From a virus: 64,000 nucleotides of DNA. Positions 1-9,545 of the stretch are shown here, one piece after another (within the stretch, counting starts at the first letter, position 1; every line of letters starts with the position of its first letter). Under the pieces are notes generated by a model. It was given only the letters and a program-made list of their open reading frames with translations, made no database searches and was not told the origin of the DNA. The translations under genes were made by a program, and so were the position numbers. Location: the UHGV virus genome UHGV-1558314, one strand, 5' to 3'.

Positions 1-1417
1 CATATTGTGTAGACGCTTTTTGACGTTCAACATCATTCTTGAAATTGTTTGTATTGAGCTTTGACATCACAGATGCAATGTCAGAGTCAAGCACCGACAT
101 TTCTTGCTGAACTGCTCGTTTTTGATTGTACAATGACAAAATTCGAGATTTGTCAGTGTTGTCAATCAAATGCGTGTTAAGCTGAATGACTTTGAATGCT
201 TCTGCAGACAATTGCAAACGATTTGGCTTAATTGCATATTGCGATGGCGCAAGCATATCAGTAGTCAATGCGGCAATATAAGTGCCAATTGATGCGTCGC
301 CATGTGACAACATATACGAGTTTGCATTGACAAGCTCATTTGTTGCAGTACGAATTGTAAGTGTTGCAGTGTCAATCAAAACTGCTGGGCTGTACTGAGC
401 TACTGTGTTATATGCATCATGCACAGGCGACAAGAACAACACGAATTTTTCAGAATGTCGAAGTGGTACTTCAATGACTTTTCGAACAATGGGCTCTACA
501 AAGACGAGGTCAGTGACTTCTACATTCAATGCATTCAAGCCTGCAGTACGCTGCAGTATACATGTTTGCGACAGTTTGTCAATCGAAACAATTTGCAGTA
601 ATACTGAACCAGTTGGGTCTGACAATGTGTCACCGACTTTCAATGTCAGTGAACCAGCAACTTTTGCGTCAATTGCATCATATACAATGCTGTCAAGTTT
701 GACAGCGATTGTGCCATTGTTCGCATTTTGCTTCTTGAGAATTTTGAAGCTGCCACTTGATGCTGCTCGTCGTGGTCGCAGATTAACTGTGAAGTCTTCA
801 AGAGTATAGTCATCATCAGTATGCCAGCCATGCGCATCAATTTCAGCAAGCAATGCAGCATGGCTCATTTCAATGCCTGTTTGTGTCACAATTTGCTGCA
901 ATGCAGCAAACATGACGTCTGAGCATATGTACTTTGTAACTTGACATTGTTTAAGATACGATGATGCTTGACCAGTCACATCAATTTGCACGTGCATACC
1001 AAGCGCTGTTGCGCGTTCAAGCATATCATTGCCAAGTGCGACAACATTGTTATCTTCTGCTATCGTGCCTTGCAAAGTTTTCAAAGTCTCAGGCTGATTC
1101 AACAAGCTCATATGCACCATTGTACGCATATTGTTGTTTGCATCTACAAGTTGTGCATACAACTGCTCGCCATTATTTAAGCCTATCAAGACTTTCATAT
1201 TTTGCTCAATGACAGTCATGCGACGTTGAATTGACGCAAAGCTTGGCACAGTAATGCTTGTTGTGTTGCCATCGTCATTTGTCAATGTTATTGTGACTGT
1301 ATCTTCTGATGATGACACTGCAGCTTGCAGCACATCAAGGTATTGCAGACTATTGTCATACAGTTGCTTAATGTCTGACAGCAATTGTTGCATTGCATTT
1401 GTTGAAACTTCTGACAT
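1..1417 (-). CDS. hypothetical protein, 3' end beyond window (at least 472 aa)
   Basis: Manual reverse translation: ATG at 1417-1415 opens a continuous frame (MSEVSTNAMQQLLSDIKQLYDN...) with no stop before position 1. Absent from ORF track because it has no stop in window. Antisense ORFs 405..809 etc. are low-complexity. Confidence 0.5.
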   Translation of the reverse strand, partial: MSEVSTNAMQQLLSDIKQLYDNSLQYLDVLQAAVSSSEDTVTITLTNDDGNTTSITVPSFASIQRRMTVIEQNMKVLIGLNNGEQLYAQLVDANNNMRTMVHMSLLNQPETLKTLQGTIAEDNNVVALGNDMLERATALGMHVQIDVTGQASSYLKQCQVTKYICSDVMFAALQQIVTQTGIEMSHAALLAEIDAHGWHTDDDYTLEDFTVNLRPRRAASSGSFKILKKQNANNGTIAVKLDSIVYDAIDAKVAGSLTLKVGDTLSDPTGSVLLQIVSIDKLSQTCILQRTAGLNALNVEVTDLVFVEPIVRKVIEVPLRHSEKFVLFLSPVHDAYNTVAQYSPAVLIDTATLTIRTATNELVNANSYMLSHGDASIGTYIAALTTDMLAPSQYAIKPNRLQLSAEAFKVIQLNTHLIDNTDKSRILSLYNQKRAVQQEMSVLDSDIASVMSKLNTNNFKNDVERQKASTQY

Positions 1418-1503
1418 ATGCTTAAAATGTGGTGTTTGAATATGTACAAACAAAAAGACTGCTGCAAATTATTGCAGCAGTCTTTGATAATTGCTTGTTT
1501 ATG

Positions 1504-2397
1504 CTATGTCAATGCAATAAAGACATCACCAGATTGCTCAGCCTCAAGCTCTTTTTCAACTGTCTGTTGCATTGTTTGACCTTTTGACGCAAGTCTATCA
1601 AAGTTAATGCGAACATTGCCGGGCAACTTGAAGTCATATGTGCCAATGATATCTGCAAGTTCTTGCATGCATTGACCAGTGCAGTATCTCAAGAAACGCC
1701 TGTCTTCATACAATGATTGCAGTGGCACTCTTACCCAACACATCAACACCAAATCAGACCCTTCATTGTCACCAAGAATGTTCAGCTTATGACTAAATCT
1801 GTTGAAGTTATACGTGATTGTTCGTTGCAGAATGCTTTCATACGTGCCAATTTCATACATTGTCACCCACAAGTCATCTGCAATTGATGCATTTTGAGAA
1901 CCTGCAGGCCCAGCGTAGTTAAATGACACACCATTTGCCTCACTGTAGAAATTGATTGAATTGCTAAGCAGTCGTTCAAGATAGAAATTTGCACGCCGCA
2001 TTGATAACTTATGCTGCGATTCAAGTAGCTGAACATCTGATACAGCCCAGATTTGTGGCGGCAATTTGACAATTTTGTTTGCGCCATCAGTCATGTCAAT
2101 ATCGCGAACAACAAACCAGCGCTCTTCAAGAGCAGACTCAGAATGTTCAAAGAACCATTCTGCACAAGTCTCAATGATTTGTGGCATACGAGTCTTCGGA
2201 ATTGCAAATGGCAATGCACAGCCTCGTGTGACTTCTTGTACAAGTCGCTCAATAAATCGCAAGTCTATGCTGTAGTCATATCGAGAATTGATATTTTCGA
2301 CTTCAGGCTTATTGCACGCAGTTGTTGTAGCACCTTCAACTTTCCAAGAAGTTGCACCATCATTAAATTCTGCTTGTGGTTTACGATTGACTTTCAT
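1504..2397 (-). CDS. hypothetical protein (297 aa), possibly virion-associated
   Basis: Long ORF in track, co-directional and tightly packed with neighbours; no recognised motif. Confidence 0.5.
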   Translation of the reverse strand: MKVNRKPQAEFNDGATSWKVEGATTTACNKPEVENINSRYDYSIDLRFIERLVQEVTRGCALPFAIPKTRMPQIIETCAEWFFEHSESALEERWFVVRDIDMTDGANKIVKLPPQIWAVSDVQLLESQHKLSMRRANFYLERLLSNSINFYSEANGVSFNYAGPAGSQNASIADDLWVTMYEIGTYESILQRTITYNFNRFSHKLNILGDNEGSDLVLMCWVRVPLQSLYEDRRFLRYCTGQCMQELADIIGTYDFKLPGNVRINFDRLASKGQTMQQTVEKELEAEQSGDVFIALT

Positions 2398-2846
2398 AGA
2401 GTTTGTCTTACAACAAGTTGAATGACCGGCATATTGTACACGTCCATTTTGAATATGTCTTCGCCTTCTGTCATTAGCAATGCATCAAGAACCGCATTGC
2501 CAATGGGTGAATTCATAAACATTGACGTGCTATTAAGTGCCAATTCAGCCAAATATGTAGAAATATCTACATTATCGCCAGGTCGCATTTCCTGACGTAT
2601 ATAATAAGGGTCGTTTGGATTATCCAAGTAATCATTCCAGCCAAAACCATCGGGCTGCTTAGTATAAGCAATATCAGTAAAACCAAGCTGTGCTCTTATC
2701 ATCTTATCATTGTCAAGTAACTTGTACCAAACTTGGCCATCAGCAGATACCATGTAATTTGATGGCACAGTTAAGTTGTACTTTGATTTTGCTTGTGCAG
2801 CAGTTAATACGCCGCTTTCAAATGTGAAGCCAGCTGTTGCATGCAT
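2394..2846 (-). CDS. hypothetical protein (150 aa)
   Basis: ORF track; 4-nt overlap with the downstream gene typical of phage operons. Confidence 0.5.
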   Translation of the reverse strand: MHATAGFTFESGVLTAAQAKSKYNLTVPSNYMVSADGQVWYKLLDNDKMIRAQLGFTDIAYTKQPDGFGWNDYLDNPNDPYYIRQEMRPGDNVDISTYLAELALNSTSMFMNSPIGNAVLDALLMTEGEDIFKMDVYNMPVIQLVVRQTL

Positions 2847-2915
2847 AGCATTTTGTGCTCTGTAATGTTATTGAGTTACACGTGACATATGAGTCTCAAT
2901 TTTATTGTGTTTGTT

Positions 2916-2985
2916 TATCTATCAACTTGTGATTATCTCTATCTATCAACTTATGATTGTCCATCTCTTATCAAAGTTGTGATGT
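2916..2985. repeat. imperfect direct repeats (about 23-28 bp period, unit TATCTATCAACTT[G/A]TGAT)
   Basis: tatctatcaacttgtgattatctc / tatctatcaacttatgattgtccatctc / ttatcaaagttgtgatgtcaacttatggtg read directly in the intergenic region upstream (minus sense) of gene 2394..2846. Confidence 0.5.
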
Positions 2986-2989
2986 CAAC

Positions 2990-3601
2990 TTATGGTGCAA
3001 CAATCGGTCCGCCACCAGGCAGACTTGAGCATGTTTGCATGTACGAGTACAACAAGTTGCCAATGTTCTGCATAATGTTTGCAAACATAAGTGCAATGCC
3101 TCGCAAATCTGCTTCGCCTTCAAATGTGTTGATAAATGCTTGCTGAGCGCATGCAAACATTACTGGCACAGTCGATGCACTTGTCATTGCTATCACAGGT
3201 CCACCAGGCGACAAGGGCAGCACCGGTGGTGATGCTGGCACAGTTAAGTTTGTTGGAATCCATGCTGCAACTGCTGCAGCATAGGGCTTAAAGCCATTGC
3301 CAAACTTTATTGCAATGTTCTTTGGGTCTGCTTCACCTTGAAAAGTTTCTATAAGTGCTTGTCTGCCTGCTTCAAATAGAGATTGCTCAAGTGTAGCAGT
3401 TGGACCTGCAGCTATTGGACCGCCGACAGGCAAACCTGTGCAAGTTGCAATGTAGCTTGCTACACCTGTAGCAAACAATTGACTGAATTTGTTGGCAAAC
3501 TTTGATGCAATTTGTGGTCTATCAAGCTCACCTTGAAAAGTTGCAGTGTATGCTTGATATGCAATTGGCTGCACAGCAGCTTGCAATGTAGCGCCTGACA
3601 T
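2990..3601 (-). CDS. hypothetical protein with three internal repeats of about 70 aa
   Basis: ORF 2990..3664 trimmed to internal Met (MSGATLQ...) so it does not overlap the upstream gene. Motif F-x-GE-x-D...IA-x-KFAN-x-F occurs three times (TFQGELDRPQIASKFANKF; TFQGEADPKNIAIKFGNGF; TFEGEADLRGIALMFANIM). Confidence 0.45.
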   Translation of the reverse strand: MSGATLQAAVQPIAYQAYTATFQGELDRPQIASKFANKFSQLFATGVASYIATCTGLPVGGPIAAGPTATLEQSLFEAGRQALIETFQGEADPKNIAIKFGNGFKPYAAAVAAWIPTNLTVPASPPVLPLSPGGPVIAMTSASTVPVMFACAQQAFINTFEGEADLRGIALMFANIMQNIGNLLYSYMQTCSSLPGGGPIVAP

Positions 3602-3602
3602 A

Positions 3603-3887
3603 TCAATCCAACAATTGAGCAGCAGCAACTGCGCCAAGTGCTGCAGATATGAATGATTGCGCAATGTATGATAAACTCCAGCAACGTTCTATTGCATAGA
3701 GTTTTGACAAGCCACATGCAATAATGTCAAGTGTTACTGAAAGTAACGTAACTACAAGCAAATGTGTTCGCAATGGCACTTCAATTGTGTCGTATGTCAT
3801 TAGTGTTGTTGCAAATGCAATGAATGCGATTATTACGCAGTGCAGCAGTGCAAACATCAAGCGTTCAATGAAATGTTGACTGTTCAT
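3603..3887 (-). CDS. small membrane protein (two predicted TM helices)
   Basis: ORF track; hydrophobic stretches LLHCVIIAFIAFATTLM and LLVVTLLSVTLDIIACGL. Confidence 0.45.
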   Translation of the reverse strand: MNSQHFIERLMFALLHCVIIAFIAFATTLMTYDTIEVPLRTHLLVVTLLSVTLDIIACGLSKLYAIERCWSLSYIAQSFISAALGAVAAAQLLD

Positions 3888-3889
3888 AT

Positions 3890-4768
3890 TTAGTCTTGGC
3901 CTTTATCAATTGTTGCGATTTTTGATAGTGTCTCAGGCAAAAAGTTTGAGTCTTTCTTATGTGTACTGTTTGATGGCTGCTGCACTTTTGTAGGATATGT
4001 TCCAAACACAGGTGCGAGTGGACTTGTGTATGGATTGCCTTGAGCTGTTGTCTGGAGCTGCTTCATGACTTCTGCAAGATTGTCAACAACTTCTTTCACA
4101 TAGTCAAGAACATTTTGATGCGCAGTTTTGTTGTCATCTCCAACTACACAAGGCTGTTCTGATTTATCTGTGCTGCCAAAGCTCAAATGACCATCAGCAG
4201 TCATATGAATGACTCCATTTTTGTCAGCATCAGTAGTCATATGAATTGACTTGTCCTTGCGCAAATTGATGTCTGTGCCATTGTAGTGAATATGCCAGCC
4301 TTGTTCAGGTGTCCACCAAATGCCAAACTTGCCCTCTGTGCCATATCGTTCAGCATCATCATAGACAACAATCTTTGCTTTGGCGTTTTCATCACCAATG
4401 ACATCTTTTGCGATATCTGAACGAGAATCAAGATGCATCCAAGTCATATTGTAAACACCTCGACTCAAATCAAGCATAACCCAGTCACCCACAATTGGCG
4501 CATCATACATGTTCATCATGCTGCTATCTGCATAGCACCATGGCAGCTTGTCTGTAGCAATTTCATTGTCAGCAAATCGAGTAAAGCCATCAATTTGACA
4601 GCGTATACGACATTGTAACATGTCATCATCAACATCAACAACTTCACCAATGAGCTTAACTGGCATACCCTCTGTCAAAGACCCAATTGATGATGCAGTT
4701 ATTGATGCATTGTATGCTGATATCTTTTCAAACAGCTCTTCTTGAGTAACAAGCAACATATCAGACAT
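3890..4768 (-). CDS. putative baseplate spike/hub protein (gpV/gp5-like OB-fold motif)
   Basis: ORF track; YDAPIVGDWVMLDLSRGVYN resembles the P-x-VGD-x-V...G motif of gpV/gp5 N-terminal domains. Remembered motif, not searched. Confidence 0.35.
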   Translation of the reverse strand: MSDMLLVTQEELFEKISAYNASITASSIGSLTEGMPVKLIGEVVDVDDDMLQCRIRCQIDGFTRFADNEIATDKLPWCYADSSMMNMYDAPIVGDWVMLDLSRGVYNMTWMHLDSRSDIAKDVIGDENAKAKIVVYDDAERYGTEGKFGIWWTPEQGWHIHYNGTDINLRKDKSIHMTTDADKNGVIHMTADGHLSFGSTDKSEQPCVVGDDNKTAHQNVLDYVKEVVDNLAEVMKQLQTTAQGNPYTSPLAPVFGTYPTKVQQPSNSTHKKDSNFLPETLSKIATIDKGQD

Positions 4769-6198
4769 TACATTGAATCTTCATACACATTGATACGACC
4801 AAGCTTTGGTAGTTTGCTTTGGTCTGGTTCATACACAGGATTTGCAAGTGCTTTCTGTGATAAGTTGTCATCATACTTTGTTACTGCAGACCCTTTGAGC
4901 AATTGCTTTGCTCTTGAATATGCAAACTGTGGATTTGTCAATGCTGCAATTTCAACAGAATTCAAGCCATAAACATTGCCAACAGTCTTGCCAACAAGTA
5001 TTCGACTTGCTTGCATATTGATTTCAGCCAACGCATTTGCTGCAGTAGACAAAGCAAACTCTTTTGCATATTCAAGCGCTTCTTTAGCCGCTTTATTGAC
5101 TGCGTCTTTGAGCAATTGTTTGACTGATTGACCTTTCATTGTCGACACAACTTGCTGTGTAATCTTGCCGTATTTGCTGTCTTTTGCAAGCTTGACAAAT
5201 TGCTGGCCGTACGTCTCTTTCTTTTTCTCAACTGTTTCTGATGTATCAGTGTCACTAAGAATTTTTTGAGACTGCACTACAAGGCCCTTATGGCTATCTT
5301 TCATTGCTGCAAATGCAGATGAAATTGACAATGTGCCATATGACACTTTGATGTTGTTTGTCGCCATTGTAGGCTCAGCAGTGTTGTCTATGTCTTGTAC
5401 AAAATTTGCGCCAGAATCGGGCATAAATGCACATTGCCCAAAATTGAAGAGCACATACTGACCAGCATTGATTACGACTGCAATGTCATCAGGTCTTGCC
5501 ATTTGAGTTGATGATGACACGCCTTCTATGCGTGCTTGCTGAATTGCTTTGATGTCTTCACCGTAGTTTGCAACTTCTGTTCTCGTATCACCAAAACTGT
5601 GCTCTGACATACCAAGCATTTGCTCAACTTCATTGTCAAGTTTTAATGACTTGTCATCTGCAAGTTCTTCTTGGAATATGCGAACTTCTGTTACATACAC
5701 AAACATATTGAAGCGTTGCAAGTTCAGTGGTAGCACATAGACCATGCGGTCGTAGTCATATAACACTTGCTTGAGCAGTGTGTTAATTGTCGCAAATCGC
5801 CAGTCAACGCTTTCTGTCACAGTAAGCCCAATGGTTTTGTCATTCAAAATGACTTCTTTCATTGTTCGCTTATATGCGTCAGCAAGTCCTTGAATGCCTG
5901 TAAAGCAATGAAACGCAGAGTCCTGAATTGCTTGCAGCATCTTTATGACAATTTCAAGCTGTGCATATCGTGTATCATCACCAATTCGCTTCAAATACGC
6001 CAATGCGCTGTTCTTAAACTTAGCATCTGCAAGTAAACCCATTTCAGAGTCAAAGTTAAAGAACACTCTGAATGTCAAATATGTTGGGTCTTGATATGCA
6101 TTGCACAACACACCATTTATGACCTCTGGGTCAAGTGACATGAACTGGTATACACCATTGAACATGTCTATGCGTGAAGTTGCGTGATTTGATGGCAT
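4768..6198 (-). CDS. hypothetical protein (476 aa), likely virion-associated
   Basis: Long ORF in track; no recognised motif. Confidence 0.5.
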   Translation of the reverse strand: MPSNHATSRIDMFNGVYQFMSLDPEVINGVLCNAYQDPTYLTFRVFFNFDSEMGLLADAKFKNSALAYLKRIGDDTRYAQLEIVIKMLQAIQDSAFHCFTGIQGLADAYKRTMKEVILNDKTIGLTVTESVDWRFATINTLLKQVLYDYDRMVYVLPLNLQRFNMFVYVTEVRIFQEELADDKSLKLDNEVEQMLGMSEHSFGDTRTEVANYGEDIKAIQQARIEGVSSSTQMARPDDIAVVINAGQYVLFNFGQCAFMPDSGANFVQDIDNTAEPTMATNNIKVSYGTLSISSAFAAMKDSHKGLVVQSQKILSDTDTSETVEKKKETYGQQFVKLAKDSKYGKITQQVVSTMKGQSVKQLLKDAVNKAAKEALEYAKEFALSTAANALAEINMQASRILVGKTVGNVYGLNSVEIAALTNPQFAYSRAKQLLKGSAVTKYDDNLSQKALANPVYEPDQSKLPKLGRINVYEDSM

Positions 6199-6304
6199 AT
6201 TGTGTATAGTTTGCTTTCTTAATTTTTGGATATATACACATGCTCAAACTGCACAAAAAACTTCGCATCAATAACTTGATGCGAAGTGTACTCAATGTAA
6301 TATG

Positions 6305-7966
6305 CTAACGACCGTAGCTGTATGCATTTGCTTTATCAGCATTTGCTTTACGTGCATTGTTTCGTTGAGTTTGACTACGAATTGCTTTCTTATTGCCAGA
6401 TGCTGCAAGTGCATCATTGTACTGCTTAACTGCTGCATTGAGCTCGTTCACAAATTGCTGTGTATTGCATTGTTCAAGCAACAGCATGTCAGATGTCAAT
6501 TGCGCTGACTCAGTATTATCATTGAGCTGCTCCAAATCACGACAATTGTAATATGTGGTGACGTCATCATCTGTAATGCTGACACAAGTTGATGCAAATG
6601 CCACTGTAGGCTTAGCAATGTTGCATTCATATTCATAGTATTTGACGTCTTGATAGTCATATCCACCACTCAAGCGCTTAACTTTGACATTATTGCGAAC
6701 TTGTTCTACTTTCTGAATGTTTGCTATCTGTGCAAGCTGTGCATACTTAGACGCATCAATGGTTGCAACTCCAAGTGATTCAGATGCTTTAATGTCTTCA
6801 AGCAATTCATAAATTGCTGCAGCAATGTTTGATTTGATGCCTACATAATTTGCTGTTAGCTGCTGAGGCGTACGAGCTTGTTCAACAATCTTTACATTTT
6901 GACGAAGCTTAGCAAAGTTGTCAGTGCTTGTTAGCAATGCATTGTAGAGCAAAGTGTCATTTGCAGGCTCACCACCGTATTTGGCGCATAATGCATCGTT
7001 GGGCTTGCCAAACACGTCTTCAATACGATTTGCGTAGATACCAGTTGGAATTCGTGCAGCACTTCTGTTTGTCACATAGATTTCATTACCAGATTCATCG
7101 CAAATTGCTAAGTAACTGTTGTCTTCTGTGTATACTCTGCAAGTTTTGCCTTTGATATTTTTGAGCTTATATTTGCGATTGTTACTGTCAAACCATACGC
7201 TGTCGCTTTTAATGACATTGCCATCAGTGTCATAATTTGCAAACCACTGAAAAGTTTTAGAATTGAAACTCTTAGACTGCACTGCATCATTAGGTTCCCA
7301 AGTTGCATTTGGCAGCTGACGAGCATGCGTAGTCAATTCATATCGTCCATCGTCAGCATTCCATGTTTTTGTAATGATATGCGCCTTTGTTTTGTCTGTC
7401 CATACAGTGCAAGTGCCATCAGATGTTCGCTCAGAATACATTTCGCCAATAGGACTGATTTCCCAAAAGATGTCACCAGTTTTGCCAGCAGTCTGTATAA
7501 ACTTGCGATTGTCTTCACCAGTGATTCTATCGATGCGACCAACAAGTTCATATTTGCTTACAGTGTATTCATAGCCATTGTCGTCATATGCAATAGTGTG
7601 TTTGAGTCTGCACTGATATTTGCCATTGTCGGTATACAACTCCTGATAAACTTCACGGCCTTTGCTGTCATATGACCACTTGCCTAACAGTTGACCAAGT
7701 GAATTGTATTCAAGCCAAGTGCCTGACTGCTTGCCATCATTGTCCCAAGTTCGAATCATAGCAAGTTGAGCGTTATCGAACCACTGTTCGTCTTTAATGA
7801 CGACGCCTGCAGCATTCGTAGTAGTTCTACTACGCAAGCATTTGTCTACAAGACTTCCGTCTTTAAGTGTTTGCCAATGCGTCGTCGTGACTTTTTGTGC
7901 GTCTGCGTTTACATGCATAAGCACACTTGCCGCTAATACAAGCAGCAACATTTTTAGTGTTTTCAT
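6305..7966 (-). CDS. secreted repeat protein with N-terminal signal peptide and MORN-like repeats
   Basis: N-terminus MKTLKMLLLVLAASVLMHVNADAQ has basic n-region, hydrophobic core and A-x-A-like site. Body has W/Y-x-Y-x-x-x-G repeats (TWLEYNSLGQLLGKWSYDSKGREVYQELYTDNGKY). Confidence 0.55.
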   Translation of the reverse strand: MKTLKMLLLVLAASVLMHVNADAQKVTTTHWQTLKDGSLVDKCLRSRTTTNAAGVVIKDEQWFDNAQLAMIRTWDNDGKQSGTWLEYNSLGQLLGKWSYDSKGREVYQELYTDNGKYQCRLKHTIAYDDNGYEYTVSKYELVGRIDRITGEDNRKFIQTAGKTGDIFWEISPIGEMYSERTSDGTCTVWTDKTKAHIITKTWNADDGRYELTTHARQLPNATWEPNDAVQSKSFNSKTFQWFANYDTDGNVIKSDSVWFDSNNRKYKLKNIKGKTCRVYTEDNSYLAICDESGNEIYVTNRSAARIPTGIYANRIEDVFGKPNDALCAKYGGEPANDTLLYNALLTSTDNFAKLRQNVKIVEQARTPQQLTANYVGIKSNIAAAIYELLEDIKASESLGVATIDASKYAQLAQIANIQKVEQVRNNVKVKRLSGGYDYQDVKYYEYECNIAKPTVAFASTCVSITDDDVTTYYNCRDLEQLNDNTESAQLTSDMLLLEQCNTQQFVNELNAAVKQYNDALAASGNKKAIRSQTQRNNARKANADKANAYSYGR

Positions 7967-8273
7967 TGTTTGTTGTTATTTGAGATGGTTTTGGGCAAGC
8001 TGCAAAGAATGGATTGCATTTGTAGTTGTTCAGTCGCAAATCATCATACTGTGACTTGTCAATGTATTGCACTGTGACTTTGTTAAACGCTAGTTTGACG
8101 CCAAATCGAGCAGCGCATTGGCCATATAACATATAACGATAATTGACGTTCTTACGAGATATGCTGCTGTCCTTATTAAAGGATATTTTTCGTGTGCTTA
8201 TGTATGCAAATGTAACATCGCCGTCAAGACATGTAAACTTGCGTGCATACACATATACTAGAACAGTTTTCAT
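7863..8273 (-). CDS. doubtful small ORF
   Basis: ORF 7863..8375 trimmed to internal Met; its 3' end overlaps the signal-peptide gene start by about 100 nt and it is Cys-rich. Confidence 0.2.
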   Translation of the reverse strand: MKTVLVYVYARKFTCLDGDVTFAYISTRKISFNKDSSISRKNVNYRYMLYGQCAARFGVKLAFNKVTVQYIDKSQYDDLRLNNYKCNPFFAACPKPSQITTNNENTKNVAACISGKCAYACKRRRTKSHDDALANT

Positions 8274-8277
8274 AGCA

Positions 8278-9543
8278 TTACCGATATTTGATGTGCCATG
8301 GCCGCATAAATGCGCATGCATTAATGCAGTTTGCATACACATATCGAAGCATTGCAATTGCATTGCTGACATCACTTACTGCAGCAGGCTCATAATTTGC
8401 ATGGCCGCCAATCTTAGCATTCAAAGCATCACGAGTAATTGGTGCAAGACTCCCATTTCTGAGTTCAGGCCATAACTGTGCTGCAAGTGATGCATTGTTT
8501 ACAATGGCTTGCTTATGAAATATTGCATTTTCTCGTGCGTTCTTTTTGCAATTTGACTGCCATATGCCATACACAAAGTATGGCTGATGCATAACCACAC
8601 AATTGCCAGACAGCTGCAAAATTGCATGCACAAAGTCGATTGCAGTGTCTGCATCAAGACCCTTTGTTTTGCAATCATTGTAATCGATATTGTACAACTT
8701 AAGCCACTCTGCATCGAACATCTCATATGGGTCATTGATGTAAATGTGCTTGAACCATAGCAATTCTGCATCAGAAGACATCACTGCAATGTCTACTTGT
8801 GCAATACGCTGCCAGTTGTCATCAAATATGCTGCTTGGGATGCTGTCATGCTTTACGCCACTGTAGCATGTCATTGCTGCAGTGCAATGCAGCATAGGCC
8901 AAACTTGAAGTCGCTTGCAGCATTCTGCAAAAACATCTGCGCATGCATTGACATCAGCAAGGGCGTCATGAGCAGATTCAAAGTCATGACCGAACAAACC
9001 TCGATATGCATCGACAAGTTTTGCAGACCCATTGCTCAAATGCTTTGCAAAGCCTTTGTACAGAAACTTTGTGTCAATGACGGGATATTGAGTCATGAAG
9101 TTTGCAGTTTTGCAACGCTGACATTCATAATCGAGAATCGTCAAGTCATATGGTGCGTTGTGTGCAATAAGATGCGTTACACCAAAACGCTCCAAGTCAA
9201 GTCTGAACTGGTCAAGCACTTTTTGCATTGGCTCTCCATGTTCATACAACTGCGCCATAGTATGACCATGCACAGCAAGAGCTTCTGCTGGCATATCATC
9301 AAAACTGCTGTTGAATCTGCCAAGTGGCATTACAAGCATGTTGTTTCGATGCAGTTCTATAATGTTGCCCGCATAGTCAAGTCTGAAGATTTTGTATGCA
9401 AGCTGAACTACAAATGACATCTCTTGCAAATCAATGACATCTTGCTTATGCCAGTAATCGACTGCTAACCCTGTTGACTCTACATCAAACGCTGCGCATA
9501 CAAGCTCTGTGATATGCTCTTTGCTTTTATTGATATGTTCCAT
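8278..9543 (-). CDS. DEDDh-type 3'-5' exonuclease (DnaQ/DexA-like) with C-terminal extension
   Basis: Exo motifs AFDVESTGL (D-x-E), LIAHNAPYDLTIL, SAHDALADVNAC (H-x4-D) in the N-terminal 200 aa. Confidence 0.65.
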   Translation of the reverse strand: MEHINKSKEHITELVCAAFDVESTGLAVDYWHKQDVIDLQEMSFVVQLAYKIFRLDYAGNIIELHRNNMLVMPLGRFNSSFDDMPAEALAVHGHTMAQLYEHGEPMQKVLDQFRLDLERFGVTHLIAHNAPYDLTILDYECQRCKTANFMTQYPVIDTKFLYKGFAKHLSNGSAKLVDAYRGLFGHDFESAHDALADVNACADVFAECCKRLQVWPMLHCTAAMTCYSGVKHDSIPSSIFDDNWQRIAQVDIAVMSSDAELLWFKHIYINDPYEMFDAEWLKLYNIDYNDCKTKGLDADTAIDFVHAILQLSGNCVVMHQPYFVYGIWQSNCKKNARENAIFHKQAIVNNASLAAQLWPELRNGSLAPITRDALNAKIGGHANYEPAAVSDVSNAIAMLRYVYANCINACAFMRPWHIKYR

Positions 9544-9545
9544 GC

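Noticed and set aside
405-1439. Plus-strand ORFs 405..809, 419..601, 961..1212 and 1254..1439
   Set aside because: All lie antisense to the manually recovered minus-strand gene 1..1417 and have Cys-rich, low-complexity translations.
7863-8375. ORF 7863..8375 as a confident gene
   Set aside because: Its 3' end overlaps the signal-peptide start of gene 6305..7966 by about 100 nt and the translation is Cys-rich and low-complexity; kept only as a low-confidence trimmed feature.
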